NCBI RefSeq assembly: GCF_902459465.1
Contig: NC_047079.1
Span: forward strand, 11,532,001 to 11,596,000
DNA length: 64,000 bases
Origin: Asterias rubens
Taxonomy: Eukaryota
Direction: 5' to 3'
Program-made: the position numbers and the translations under genes
The notes under the pieces: model-generated
The model's input: the letters and a program-made list of their open reading frames with translations, nothing else
What the model was told of the DNA's origin: nothing
Database searches by the model: none
Shown here: piece after piece, positions 34,101 through 45,697 of the stretch
Layout: each line of letters opens with the position of its first letter
Position numbering within the stretch: the stretch's first letter is position 1

Positions 34101-35345
34101 CAGCCTCAGACTCCGTATACTTGGTATTTGGTTTAAAAGGTTCTACTATAAGAATACAAAATGCACTTTAGTTGCTTGTTTTTGTCTTGTTTGATTACTA
34201 AAGCTTTATAGTTGTATAGTTTCTAAGTTCCTGTATCAATATAAATCGTCATTAAGGACCACTTGTATGCCTTTAATCAATTTGTTGTTATTTGCAATTC
34301 TTTGTTCTAATCATATTTTTAGGAGATTAAAGGTCGGCCAATTTGACTTTAACGAGAAGTGTACAAAGATCGCCGAGATGACTGAGGGACTGTCAGGCAG
34401 AGAGATCGCTAAGCTTGGTGTGGCGTGGCAGGTAAGTCTCCCTAATTCTGATTTTAAAGATTCTCATTGATTTTCAATTTTTTTTTTCCCAGGTATTTGA
34501 TGACAAATGTTATACAGTATTTGAAGCAACAAATTTTTCAAGTGGTCAACAAATTATCAAAAATGCACTCGGGCCCACACTGTTAAGCTAAAATGGCCCC
34601 TTGCCTTAATCAAAGACACACATGTAATGACTGGGATTTGAACCCACACTCTGATGACTCGCCCATCAGAACTTGAGGTTGATGCACCTAGAATGCATGG
34701 CCAAGACGTGCATGCAAGAAGAAGACCTTTTGTTCTTCTTCCTAGTCCCTTCAAATCCTCCATCATCCTTCAGTAAAACTGTTGCCCCTTAATATCCATC
34801 TGATCCTCTTCTTCCAACTCTGTTCACCAAGTACAGCCTTGGAATTTCATATGCAAGAGGGAAGGCCATTTTGCTTTAGCAAAGGGCATTGGAAAATCTT
34901 TATAGGGGCCAAGGCCAAGAACAGGGCTCAAGTACATAGAACTGCAAAATAATGCTTATCAGAATAAGGTTGTCAGCCAAAATATCATGCTGCATGTACA
35001 ATTTGTGATCGTTATCCTGATTTTGTTGCTAAGCTGAAATTGTTATGCATAGTTTTCTGCTTAAGCAGCTCTATGAAATTGGACCCAGTGCATCAACAAT
35101 TGCTACAGTATTGAAATTAGAGGAAGAAGATGGTGTACCAATACTTAAAAATATACTTTTGTTGTTGTTTTTTGTAGGCAAGTGCTTATGCATCTGAAGA
35201 CGGTATTCTAACCAGCGAGATGGTCGATAGTAGAGTACAGGACTCCGTGGCCCAGCACCAACAGAAAGTAGACTGGCACCAAAGTGAAGAAGCAAAGCTA
35301 GAAAAACTGGAGAAGATACGAGAAATCAAGACCAAAGGAACATAG
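25145..35345 (+). CDS. ATAD3A: ATPase family AAA domain-containing protein 3 (mitochondrial), 601 aa. Exons 25145-25373, 25876-25952, 26228-26389, 27004-27073, 28068-28233, 28862-28931, 29180-29392, 30927-31052, 31400-31524, 32252-32303, 32568-32638, 33419-33586, 34323-34431, 35178-35345
   Basis: MSWLFG start, [13 protein letters not shown], coiled coil, [15 protein letters not shown], Walker A GPPGTGKT, Walker [12 protein letters not shown], sensor [16 protein letters not shown]. All junctions are in phase (1806 nt). Confidence 0.97.
27078..27538. repeat. 66-bp minisatellite, 7 copies, starting at the ATAD3A intron 4 donor
   Basis: GTTTAACCCTCTC at 27078, 27144, 27210, 27276, 27342, 27408 and 27474. 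Confidence 0.95.
28313..28745 (-). mobile_element. Full-length Deu-like tRNA SINE (ATAD3A intron 5)
   Basis: Reverse complement has a tRNA head, GATGGGACGTAAAACCGTTGG...GTAAAAGAACCCAGTGCAC...CCCCGGTGTTCCTGG, and a TTA tail. Confidence 0.85.
30271..30695 (+). mobile_element. Full-length Deu-like tRNA SINE (ATAD3A intron 7)
   Basis: A-box GTCATGGCCGAGCTGTTAAG, B-box GGTTCGAATCCC, CGGATGGGACGTAAAGCCG...GTAAAAGAACCCAGTGCAC. A degenerate copy lies at about 37150-37420. Confidence 0.85.
31605..31732. mobile_element. Harbinger-like palindromic MITE (ATAD3A intron 9)
   Basis: Near-identical to 3761-3889, with TAG on both flanks. Confidence 0.75.
32815..32990 (+). mobile_element. Third tRNA-derived SINE family. 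Copies also at about 37640-37820 (+), 3190-3295 (-) and 59790-59975 (-)
   Basis: CTAGAATTGCAAAGGTCGTGGGTTCGAATCCCACC followed by a shared tail TATGCCTGTG...ACACATCGGTGTGTATGGGTAAAACC. Confidence 0.65.
33007..33378. mobile_element. Kolobok-like family 2 MITE, opposite orientation, in ATAD3A intron 11
   Basis: TTAAAGCCATTGGAC...GTACAATGGCTTTAA. The interior is the reverse complement of 11178-11551. Confidence 0.8.
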
Positions 35346-35604
35346 GGTACCAAACTTAGAAATCTAGGTGTAGAGGTTTTTTTATCCCAATTCTCAATTT
35401 ATTGTGGGAGTGCGATCAAGTAAAATAAGGTTGACGGAAATTAGAACAACAAAAAATATCAACAATTTTGTTGGCAATATTTTGCTCGGTCCTACTTCCA
35501 CTGCAATAAAGATATGTGTGAATGTAGAAATTGTGAAAGAGTGAGTGAGATACTTGTATGTGTAAAATATAAATTCATGAACTGTAGACAGGGCAGCACA
35601 TTTA

Positions 35605-35805
35605 CAACCCTCCTACTGTTTACCATTCAACATCATCTACTGAGATTTTGGTAGAATGGGAGAATAATTAAGCCAGCCTGCAATATGAAAACGTTATGAA
35701 TACATCTGCACAGTACACAGTCAACCCTCCTACTGTCTGACCATTCAAACTCATCCACTGTGGTTTTGAATGATAGATGCACTACGCCAGCCTGCAATAT
35801 GATGT
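35605..35805. repeat. Diverged local tandem duplication, period about 117 bp, downstream of the ATAD3A stop codon
   Basis: CAACCCTCCTACTGT at 35605 and 35722, and GCCAGCCTGCAATATGA in both units. Confidence 0.6.
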
Positions 35806-37897
35806 CATGTGGTGATTGGTGAATGCATGTACGCAGTACCCGGATGTACACAGATAGTTCTGTGCACAGCTGTACCACCATTCATTAAAGTGGCTGGTCA
35901 ACTCGCTGAAAATGTTACCCTCTATGAGTGTGAAACATATTATTGTATTAGAAACGATGTACAGAAAATTGTTAAATACCCAATATACAACAACGAAATC
36001 ATTGATGAAACTGTGTTCTTTAGATTTTTTTATGTTTTTATTTACAAACTGTCATTATTTAAAAGAATAAAAATGTGATTTTTCTGAATCAACTTTTTAC
36101 TTTTTGAAAATCTTTGAAAGATATATACAGACCTCAGTTCACCTATACCCACTTTGTCAGGCAACTAACTTGTTTACTCATTGACATTTATAGTAGAATT
36201 TCACACACAGGAATGGGCCAGACTATTCCCTACCAATCTCAATTCAGTGTAAACCAATATGGTTAATTTAAACAAATCCAAAATGGCAGCCCACCTATCT
36301 GGGGTCAAAGGTCAGTTTCACAAAGAGCTAAGATTGCTCTTAACTGTATTGCATCCACACCTGTATGCTTCGGGGTTTTTTTCCCTGTTTTTATTTAAAG
36401 GGCAAGGGCACCAAGGCATTTCTTTCTTGGTAAAGGACACTTTGTGAGGAAATTGTGAAGATCATTTCAAGGGCACCAAGGAAATGACCCTGGGGCACGT
36501 AGGCAATCACATTTGTTGCCTCAATTGCTAAGCAAAGTGTGATGTCAACATACAAATCACTATGGCAATTATTGACACTCGTCGCGAGATGAATTTTAGT
36601 TCTTTGTAAAATTAAGCCCAGACATCCATAAGTTTCATAGATTGTTATAGAAAATGGAATCCATTCTGAATTCAAGAAATATTAATAAATATTTAATGAA
36701 AAATATACTTTGAAACCTGTTTTATTTATTTATTTAAATCAAAGAGTACTGAATGTTTGATTGCATTTTCTGTAGTCTGAGAATCATACATGTGCAACTA
36801 CGACACCTAGACCAAATAAAACAGTGACGTTAAAAGCCTTGCTGAAGGTAAACTCGGCTAAACGTTTCCAAAGTTTCTCTAAAAAAAATTAAACATTTTT
36901 TCCAGAAAACAATACATTTAAACAAAAATTGAGATGGACTGTAATAAAGATGGTTAAATAATACATAAACTTGCTATCACAGAAACAAAACATTTATTAC
37001 AATTTGTTTTACAAAATATACATATGAAGTTCAAAATATATTTAAAAAGAATAGAATAATCTTCTAAAGTCGTTCTATAAGACCGTGACACTGAAATAAT
37101 CTGTTACTTCCCTTTCGCCTTTGTCATGGTGTTCTTACCACTGGCACAATTTCTTTATAGAATGTGGGTTAAAGTCACAGTCAGAGCACTTGTGTTTTTG
37201 AGCAAGAAACTTCACTATAACTGCCTTGTCCTTTGGATGGGATGTACAGCTGTAGGTCCTGGGTGTTGTGTAATGCACATAAATGAACCCACACTTGTCA
37301 TAAAGAGAAGGGCTCCCCCTGGTGTTTCGGGCTGGTCTGGCAGCAATATGCGCCACATCACCTTGTGCCCCTTTTCAAGGTGTTGTATTATGGTTGCTTC
37401 GATTTTAACTTCAAAGTTATTCATGACAAACTCTGCCAGATTTATATGAAAGACAAGGTGCATTATGATGTTAACAATTAATTAATGCACACTCAAGATT
37501 ATATTTACATGAGGTAGGGCTTACACACATCGGTGTATATGGGTTAAACCAAAAATTTACATTCTTTATCCCTGATGCATATTGAACTTTATTAAATTCG
37601 TTGCGGTACGTGCTGCTAAAAAATAGCATAGCTACCAGGCAATCTCAGTGGTCTAGTTGGTATTGGTAAGACACTGCGCTAGAATTGCAAAGGTCGTGGG
37701 TTCAAATCCCACCCAAGAAATATGCCTGTGATTTTGTTTACAGAGCACAGGAAAGTACCAAGTATACAGTGCAAACACATATGGGTGGTGTATATGGGTA
37801 AAACCAAAAATTAACATACATGAGGTATCTTCTTCGTTGCATTCAAGAGAAATTTCTTGTTAGAAGAACATCTTCAGCTACAGTCAGATAAACAAAA

Positions 37898-40495
37898 TCA
37901 ATCCAGAAGCCCTAGTTTTCGGATAGCCAAGAATTGATCAGGGATCTCCATTAAAGCTTGCAGCGCAAACGCTGATTCCTGGTGTCCGCTCTTTGCCGAA
38001 ACCATCACTCGGTGAAACTCAACAAACTGGAAATTGTCAAACTTCCTCTGGGGAAGTTTGTCGTCAAATTCGCGCATCATGTCCCACGGTCCGTCGCCGA
38101 CTCCAACCACGATGATTGAGAGTGGGTACCGGGAAGCCTCTACTATAGCATCACGTGTTCTCTTTTCACTGGTAACCTGGCCATCCGCGATAATGATAAG
38201 TATGTGGTACTGCTGGAGAGAGGAAACACCGAAAAAACTGAAAATTATAATGACCACTTTGTCCATTGTAAGCGAAATAGGGAGAGTGGTGTAGATAGCT
38301 CAGCTGGTAGAGCACTCGAGGCCAAATTCATCAAGCTGAAAATACTGCTTGACAAGTTTCTTTGCTTAGCAAAAATTTAGTGGGCCATCAGTCACAACAA
38401 TGGGATACTCAGGAATTCTTATTAAAAGTCTTTTTTTTTTTTTTTGGGGGGGGGGGTACTTTGTACAAGAGGAAAGTTGGGTGTGTAAAATCTCTCAAAA
38501 GAAAGCAACACCACAACAGGATTTCATTTGATTTGTGAGAATAGTGCAAATAAAGGTTTCATATACTTGGGTTCTCTTTGAAACCACAATTTTGGCTCTG
38601 GCTTTCGGCATCATCAGCCAGTTTGAAGGAAACGGGTGATTTGAAATGTTGCTAACTCTTAACTAAAAAAGGATAAACTTGAAACACTGACCGCTTTTGT
38701 TTTGCGGACAATCTTGATGGCTTCCTGAATGACTGGAGCGAAGTCTGTCGGACCACTTAGTGTCACAGTTGGTGTGATGTTATTGTAACAATCAAGGACG
38801 TCATGGAAACCGTGGCACTCTCCATCGGAGCGGAACGGAAAAACTGATTGACCTTGGGTTGTGATGTCACCAAAGCCGTAGACTGGTAGAAGGTTGTCGT
38901 CGTCGAATGGCGCCAAGGTCTGACCAAGAATCATGATGGCCTGAAATTATCAATTAAGTTTGAAGTTACAACAAGTATTTTTTGAGGAGTATGAATTGAA
39001 ATATATGTATGTCTAACTCAAGTTGGGACCCAACTATAAATGGAAGCGAATAAGATTGTGATGGAGGACATTGGCACTGTGTGATTGCTGATGAACTCTA
39101 GACCCTGTAGATTGAATTGGAGATGTGGTGCGCCTGTCATCCTGCCCAATTCAAGTGCAAGTTGTCGTCAATCACTGATGATGACGATGATGATGAAACA
39201 ATAATTGGCCTATTCTTGAGGCAGGGCCAACTATACAAAAAAAAGGAGGCTTAATTATATCCAATGGTCATGTATAAACAAAACTTTTCAACTATAGACA
39301 GACAGCCCCAACTATAGATGAACTGGCCCAAATATAGACAGACTGGCCCAACTGTACACAGACTGGTCCAACTATAGACAAAGTGTCCCTAACTGTCATG
39401 ACTACAACAGACTGGCCAAACTACAGAAGGACTGGTCCAACTGCAGACAGACTGCCCAATTATAGATGAACTGCACCAACTGATTGAGGGAATGTCCCAA
39501 CTTGCACACATTGTTTGAGTTTGGTACAAAGTTTATATACAAACCTGTTGATATGGGTTAAAGACTCCTGGCTCAATAGCGTGTAAACTCCTCCCTCCAA
39601 ATGTCTGTTTCCCAGTGTAGAGGTTGCTCTTTGTGTAGTCGATACCTGGTAGAAAATAAAATAAAGATTCAAGTTAATAATAAAAACCAACAAAATTAAA
39701 AAATGTGGTAACAAAAACGCAAACAGCTTTTTCAAATTGTTTTATGAAAATGAGCTTAAAAAGTTACATATCCTGTTTGTCTTGATGTTACTGCAACAAC
39801 TACCCTTGTCAGGGGGTCACACAGGTTGTGTTGGTTGTGCTCATGGAATTGCCAACCATGCCAGAAACACCAAACGAACTCCTTCTCTTATTGATAAGAG
39901 ATGGTTTCTTTGACGTGCATTAAACAGCAACTACAGCTTTACATCTCATAGGGACCACAAGTTCATTTTGCCAACCAACACAGGGACTGGCCCACCTAGT
40001 TGCCATAACAGAACCCTCGACCCTCCAGCCATGGAGGGTTAGGTTATCGCAACTGCCCGTCTTGTTTGGCTGTTTATGGCTCTCTTTTAACATCGGTCTT
40101 ATCATAGTCGCCATAATAAGACCAATGTTTAAAGAGAGCAATAACACTCAATATAACACAATGGTACTACAATACTCACCAAATAATAAATTACTCGATT
40201 CCAAACCGGCTCTCCTCACAGCGTTACTCACTTCATCCAGCGAGTTAAACTTATCAACAATGGTTTGAAACGATGTTCCTCTCCCCCATCCAAGCACCTT
40301 GGCAAGAGCACTTCCAACCGGTGGGCTGGTTAGGTCTGGGTACAAAGAACTGTATGCTGGTGGCTTTTTAGTTGGGGTACCTGAGCCATGGTCGCGATTT
40401 CTTGCAGAGAAACCGCTCTTGAAACACTCAGTGATTTTATGCGCGATGAAGATCACAAGGCAAACAAACGCAACTTGGATGATCATGGTGCTCAA
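37898..40495 (-). CDS. Copine-family (RGLG/CPNA-like) vWA protein with N-terminal TM anchor and no C2 or RING domain, about 326 aa. Exons 40180-40495, 39545-39645, 38692-38940, 37898-38212 (NAGNAG acceptor, 38209 alternative)
   Basis: [37 protein letters not shown]...[58 protein letters not shown]. These are typical copine vWA motifs, and the splicing is in phase (981 nt). Confidence 0.88.
39290..39470. repeat. Degenerate tandem repeat of about 20-22 bp (CCAACTATAGACAGACTGG) in copine intron 2
   Basis: About 8 imperfect units are visible. Confidence 0.7.
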
Positions 40496-41554
40496 GTTCT
40501 ATCAGAGAATTTGGTTTTAAAAATAAGTTACAACAGAATTATCCTGCAGAAAACAGCTGAACAAAATATCATCTAATCAAATCAAAATGGTTAAAATAGG
40601 CGAAACTCAATGTTCGTATTTTGTTTTGGGGCAGGAAACGTTCACATTGATGATGACAAAATGGTGAGCATTAATAAGTTCAGCGTGCACAATAAACGTA
40701 TAGGTTGTATTGCTGAAGAGCAGATCAGCTTACAAATACAAATCAATCAGTTTTTTCCAGTACAACAACAACAAGCTGATGACTTTGTATGTTGTTTGTG
40801 GTCACTCGACACAAGCTTTAGCCCCTTAAATACCACTTCTTACATCTTATAGCATAACCACACCACATGACTGTCGTGAAAGCTAACGAAAACATATTAA
40901 TCTGATGAAATACAACCCATAGTTCACTTACTTCTTTAGGTACACGTCGACATAGCTGAAGCTGGGAAGTAAACAAACACAATTTATCACTTGTATTATG
41001 ATCTATTTTCAGAAACATACGGCATTTAACCAACGTGTACATTTGCTATGGTGACTCATTGCACCTAAGAAACTATACAAAATATAGTGCTCTTTGTTCC
41101 CCAACCCAAATGTAAAAATTGTTAAAGAATGAGCTTCTAAAACGTTGAAATGTTTTACAAATAAATTAAACCAAGTTTAGGCATTTTGTTTTTACAATTT
41201 GTCCAAAACAGAATTTATTAAATGTTTGGCGGATTGATATTTAAATCAGAAAGAGTGACACGTCGAGGTAAGCTGCAGTAGTTAGGTGCTATCAAAGTGC
41301 AATGCCTTATGTGTTAATTTATCACACCCGTACGACTGGGAGCCAGGCAGATTTGCAAGCAGACATTAGCAAACAACGCATTTTATGATGATTACACTCA
41401 GTAAACAATACAAAATGCGTATGAATTATGTATAGCGCTACAGTGCAGTATATTTTGATTTTTGAAAGAGAAATTACATAAAAACCAACTTCTTATTAAC
41501 CACACGCACAAATACTTCTACCTCCATGACCCAGCCAGCGTACCGCTAATGTTA

Positions 41555-41656
41555 CATAGCGCCCTCTGTGGACGTCAAAATAATAAGAAGTCTTAAAAAT
41601 ATTCCTTTTTTTCGACCTCCGTTAGTTTAGCATAGCGCCCTCTGTTTACGTCAAAA
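41555..41656. promoter_or_regulatory. Duplicated 26-bp motif in the putative shared promoter of the copine-like gene and TK2
   Basis: CATAGCGCCCTCTGTGGACGTCAAAA (41555-41580) and CATAGCGCCCTCTGTTTACGTCAAAA (41631-41656). Confidence 0.45.
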
Positions 41657-42649
41657 TCACAAAATCAACACACGGACTAAATGTGAAACCTATGCGTATT
41701 TGTATACAAACTACACCAAGCCTCAGATGGGTACCAGTCTACTATTTTTCCTACATCACACATGCAATTATAATTTATTCTCGTCTGTCATTGCAAGTCC
41801 AGGCAAAATTCCCCCAGCTCGCTTTGTTTATGTAATTTGTCTACACACAGGTTAGTGAGTCAGCCATAAAAATAATTTATAGAACCATTGAGTAAGGACG
41901 GAAGTTATGAGCAACTTGTGTTTGAAGAGTTGGTTTCTGTATTCTAGATAACACAATTTGGCTGTAAATGCACTGAAACTATTATTGAACACTGTCTGTA
42001 AAGTAAAGTAACAGTACACATGTCGAGAAGTCTATCAACAGATCAATACAATCAGATCACACAAAATTTAACAACACCTCGAGTTTTGGAAGTGTGAACT
42101 GAGTGAAATCTTGTTAACAGGCTCTCTCATCAATAACAAAGGACCGAGTCAAAGTGAGTGATAAACGAATGAAAGAAATATGTTGTTAAGAACAAGAGTG
42201 AGTAGGAATTTTAGAAATATTAGGACTTTAGTTAGGAGTGTCATTCTTAATTCTTCTGTAGGAAGAATTCTTTCTTTGTTTGAGTTTGTTGATTATCATT
42301 GAAATGAAGCATTTCTTTATCAGACTTAAAAAGTTTAATTGTACAATTTTACAATACAAGTTGAAGTTGTAATTTATTTTATTAATTTTTAAAAACTACA
42401 CAGAATACACAGTACAATTTGAAATTTAAAGTCGGATATCTCAACTTCAATATGTAAAAATGCATTCTATTTGCTTTCTGGTTTCGGATTTAGACTTTCT
42501 TTTACAAAATTATGGTTTTATGACATGAAACTTTCTGATGAATTTGTCAAACGCTTTTTGATAAGGTTTTCCTTGTATATTTTTCCTGATGCTAATTTAA
42601 ATTTGGATTCTGAATCTTCTTTCGCAGATGTGCCTTTTATTCAGTAACG

Positions 42650-43459
42650 ATGTTACTCAGTAGAATCTTCAGAGTCGTGGCTCGTTCTGCCAGTAACCAT
42701 AGCATCTGTTTAAACAGAACACTCAGTAAACAGTGGTACAACGTTTTGTGTCTTCTAAGTAAACACTTGAACTTTGTGAAAATGATGAGCGATAATGCAT
42801 CATCGAGAAACTTTAAATTCCAAGATGGAGAGAAACCCTTTACAGTTTCTATTGAAGGAAACATCGGGGCAGGCAAGACTACCCTCGTGAACTTCTTCTC
42901 TAAGCAGAAGGACGTCACTGTTATTGAAGAGCCTGTTAAGAAATGGCAGAATGTCCGTGGCCATAATCTCTTTGATCTGATGTATCATGACCCTCAACAA
43001 TGGAGCTTTGTGTTCCAGTCCTACGTTCAACTCACCATGCTGGAGAATCATAGCATCCAAGTTGACACCCCTATCAAACTAATGGAGCGGTCGGTACACA
43101 GCGCTCGATATTGCTTCGTTGAAAACATGCATCTTGAGAAGAAGATGTCCGACCCAGAGTTTGTAGTCCTGGATGAGCTTTACCAATGGGTCGTCAGAAA
43201 CCATGATTTCAGCGTTGATCGCATCATTTATCTTCAGACCACACCCGAGAAATGTCATGAGAGAGTTCTTGAGCGTTGCCGAGATGAAGAAGAGGGTATT
43301 CCGCTGGAGTATTTACAAGGTATTCATCAAAGATATGAAGATTGGTTGATCCATAAGAAGTTTCCTGTCCCAGGGTCCGTGATGGTTCTGGATGCGACGT
43401 CCTCGCTGGAGGAGATGCTGAGGACATATGAAACTAAACAGAACACTATCTTGTGCTAA
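42650..43459 (+). CDS. TK2: Thymidine kinase 2 / Drosophila-dNK-like deoxynucleoside kinase, single coding exon, 269 aa, with an MTS-like N terminus
   Basis: P-loop IEGNIGAGKTT, EPVKKW, FQSYVQLT, MERSVHSARYCFVE, lid IIYLQTTPEKCHERVLERCRDEE, YEDWL. The N terminus is Arg/Ser/Leu-rich and lacks acidic residues. Confidence 0.9.
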   Translation: MLLSRIFRVVARSASNHSICLNRTLSKQWYNVLCLLSKHLNFVKMMSDNASSRNFKFQDGEKPFTVSIEGNIGAGKTTLVNFFSKQKDVTVIEEPVKKWQNVRGHNLFDLMYHDPQQWSFVFQSYVQLTMLENHSIQVDTPIKLMERSVHSARYCFVENMHLEKKMSDPEFVVLDELYQWVVRNHDFSVDRIIYLQTTPEKCHERVLERCRDEEEGIPLEYLQGIHQRYEDWLIHKKFPVPGSVMVLDATSSLEEMLRTYETKQNTILC

Positions 43460-44118
43460 GGATGAAGGAAACAGGCCTGAATTTCATCTTTGAGAGGGCA
43501 AGGCCATTTCATTTTGAGATTTTTGAAGTCTATGGGAAACATTTAAAGGGGCACCAAGGCCAAAGACCAGGGCAACGGAAGCCATGGCCTAGTTTGCCTT
43601 CGTGAAATTCCAGGCCTAAGGAAACAATAACTCTCACTACACCAAATCTTGTTTTTTAGATTAAAAAGGACACCACACTATACTCACTTTGGGATGCATT
43701 GCTTTGAACAGAATGAACTCAAAATGGCAGCATCATGAAGGACAATGGACTAGTTTAACAGCTGACTAAACTGACACCAAAGTCATGTGAAGATCATTTT
43801 CTTTCAGATCAAATTTGGTTATAAACTGCTTTGAAAAAGGTGTCTGGCCTAATACTATTTGACTCTCATGTGACATGATGAAGGCCAGTTCCACCGTAGC
43901 CTTAGTTTTATGCCAGTTGCCTGGTGAACAAATTTTGATTAATTTACACATTTTACTTCTTTGTACAAACTATGCTAAATCCTCTGTAAGTAATTCTTTA
44001 CTTTACTATATTCTTGATACTGTATGGGCCAAAACCACTTGTATTGCATGAGCTTTGTGATTGAAGGGGGACTGCTGTCAACTCATGATCATAGCGGGCC
44101 TTTTGCTGTACTTTAGAG

Positions 44119-44517
44119 TTAAAGACACTGGACACTATTGGTAATTGTCAAAGACTAGTCTTCTGACTTGGTGTATCTCAACATATGCACAACAATAAAC
44201 CTGTGAAAATTTGAACTCAATTGGTTGTTGAAGTTGCATGATAATAACGGAAGTAAAAAAAACCTTGTTACACGAAGTTGTGTGCTTTCAGATGCTTGAT
44301 TTCGGGACCTCAAAATCTAATTCTGAGCTGAGGTCTTGTAATCAAATTCAAATATTTTAGTGAAAAATTACTTCTTTCTCGAAAACTACAATACTTCAGA
44401 GAGAGCAGTTTCTCACAATGTTTTATACTATCGACAGCTCTCCATTGCTTGTTACCAAGTCAGTTTTTATGCTAACAATTATTTTGATTAATTACCAATA
44501 TTGTCCAGTGCCTTTAA
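44119..44517. mobile_element. Kolobok-like family 1 MITE, full length
   Basis: TTAAAGACACTGGACACTATTGGTAATT...AATTACCAATATTGTCCAGTGCCTTTAA with TTAA at both ends and AG...CT termini. Confidence 0.8.
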
Positions 44518-45334
44518 CTCGAACCCAGTTTCTGTGTATGACAGTGCCCTTTATGCCTAGCTGGGTTAGAGGTTAAACTCCATCAGGACCTGGGCCCAAT
44601 TTCATAAGGTCTGTAAGCACAAACACTTGCAAAGCACAACAAAATATTGGTTAATAGAAACGGGTTACCAGCCAAAATTGCATTAAGATTGAATTGTGAC
44701 TGGTGTCCTACTTAGTTTTTGCTTAGCAAAGTAATTTGTCAAGCAGTCAGTATTTTATGCTTAACAGATTTATGGAATTAGGCCCTGCTGTGATACTGAT
44801 CATGGCAATAGTTTTCCTTTGAAAATCTGGTTTGTATGTAAATAATACGCTAATCCAACCCAACAGTTTTTTAAAATCATTAAAAATAAATTCCTCTGAA
44901 TTACAACATTCCAGTTAATTTCACTTTCATTATGTAACAATAGAGGGCGCCCTTTTTGCTTTACAAAAGTGTAAACTGCATGAGTAATTTTTGTCATATT
45001 TATAGTCCTAAAAAATGTTAATTACAGATAAGATATTGAACTTGTTTGTGGAGCTGCTTACATGTGAATCCAGACTATCTTCAATAAATACATATTCGTG
45101 CCGAGATGATCTCTTCTGTTTAAGTAAGGTTTGGTTTTAAAAGCTTAGGGGACAAAAACAATGTTTTTTATTTTTTATTTCATGCTGCTTGTATAAAAAA
45201 TAATAGTAATAAAATACTTGTTAATAACTTCACACGCAGTGCTATACATTTTTTGCTGAATTACATGCCGTATTTATTATTTATTTATCGATGTTTTTCC
45301 AAGCAATGTCGGCAAAACTTGTGGCCTTTGATTT

Positions 45335-45413
45335 GGGCGGGGCCTGAAAGTCCAATAATAGCTGCTTCAATTACGCCTTATTGGGCTACAACACCTGTAA
45401 AGTGAACCAATCA
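45335..45413 (+). promoter_or_regulatory. GC box and CCAAT boxes upstream of the espin-like gene
   Basis: GGGCGGGGC at 45335-45343, ATTGG at 45380-45384 and AACCAATCA at 45405-45413. Motif matches only. Confidence 0.4.
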
Positions 45414-45697
45414 CGAGCGTGCGCTTCGGGTTGGGATTTGGTTAATTTGGGCGCTATTTTGGGCGTGATAAATTTGCATAAAAATTCACTGTGCAACCGA
45501 TGTGCGATGTCGTCTGCTAATATAGTTGGTTATTTCAATTGTGCTAGAATTTCAGCCGGCCAAACAAGTGTATCATGTTTGGAGAATGTAATGATTGATG
45601 TATTGTTTTTCTGGAAGAATCTGAAAGAATTGGATGATCTCAGTTATGAAACAAGTGGACAAAAATAAGTGGAAACTGGTGACATTGTGATGACAAT

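Noticed and set aside
42650-43459. Viral or endogenised origin of the intronless deoxynucleoside kinase
   Set aside because: It has an MTS-like leader and animal TK2/dNK motifs, with no neighbouring viral genes. A phylogeny would be needed to reopen this.
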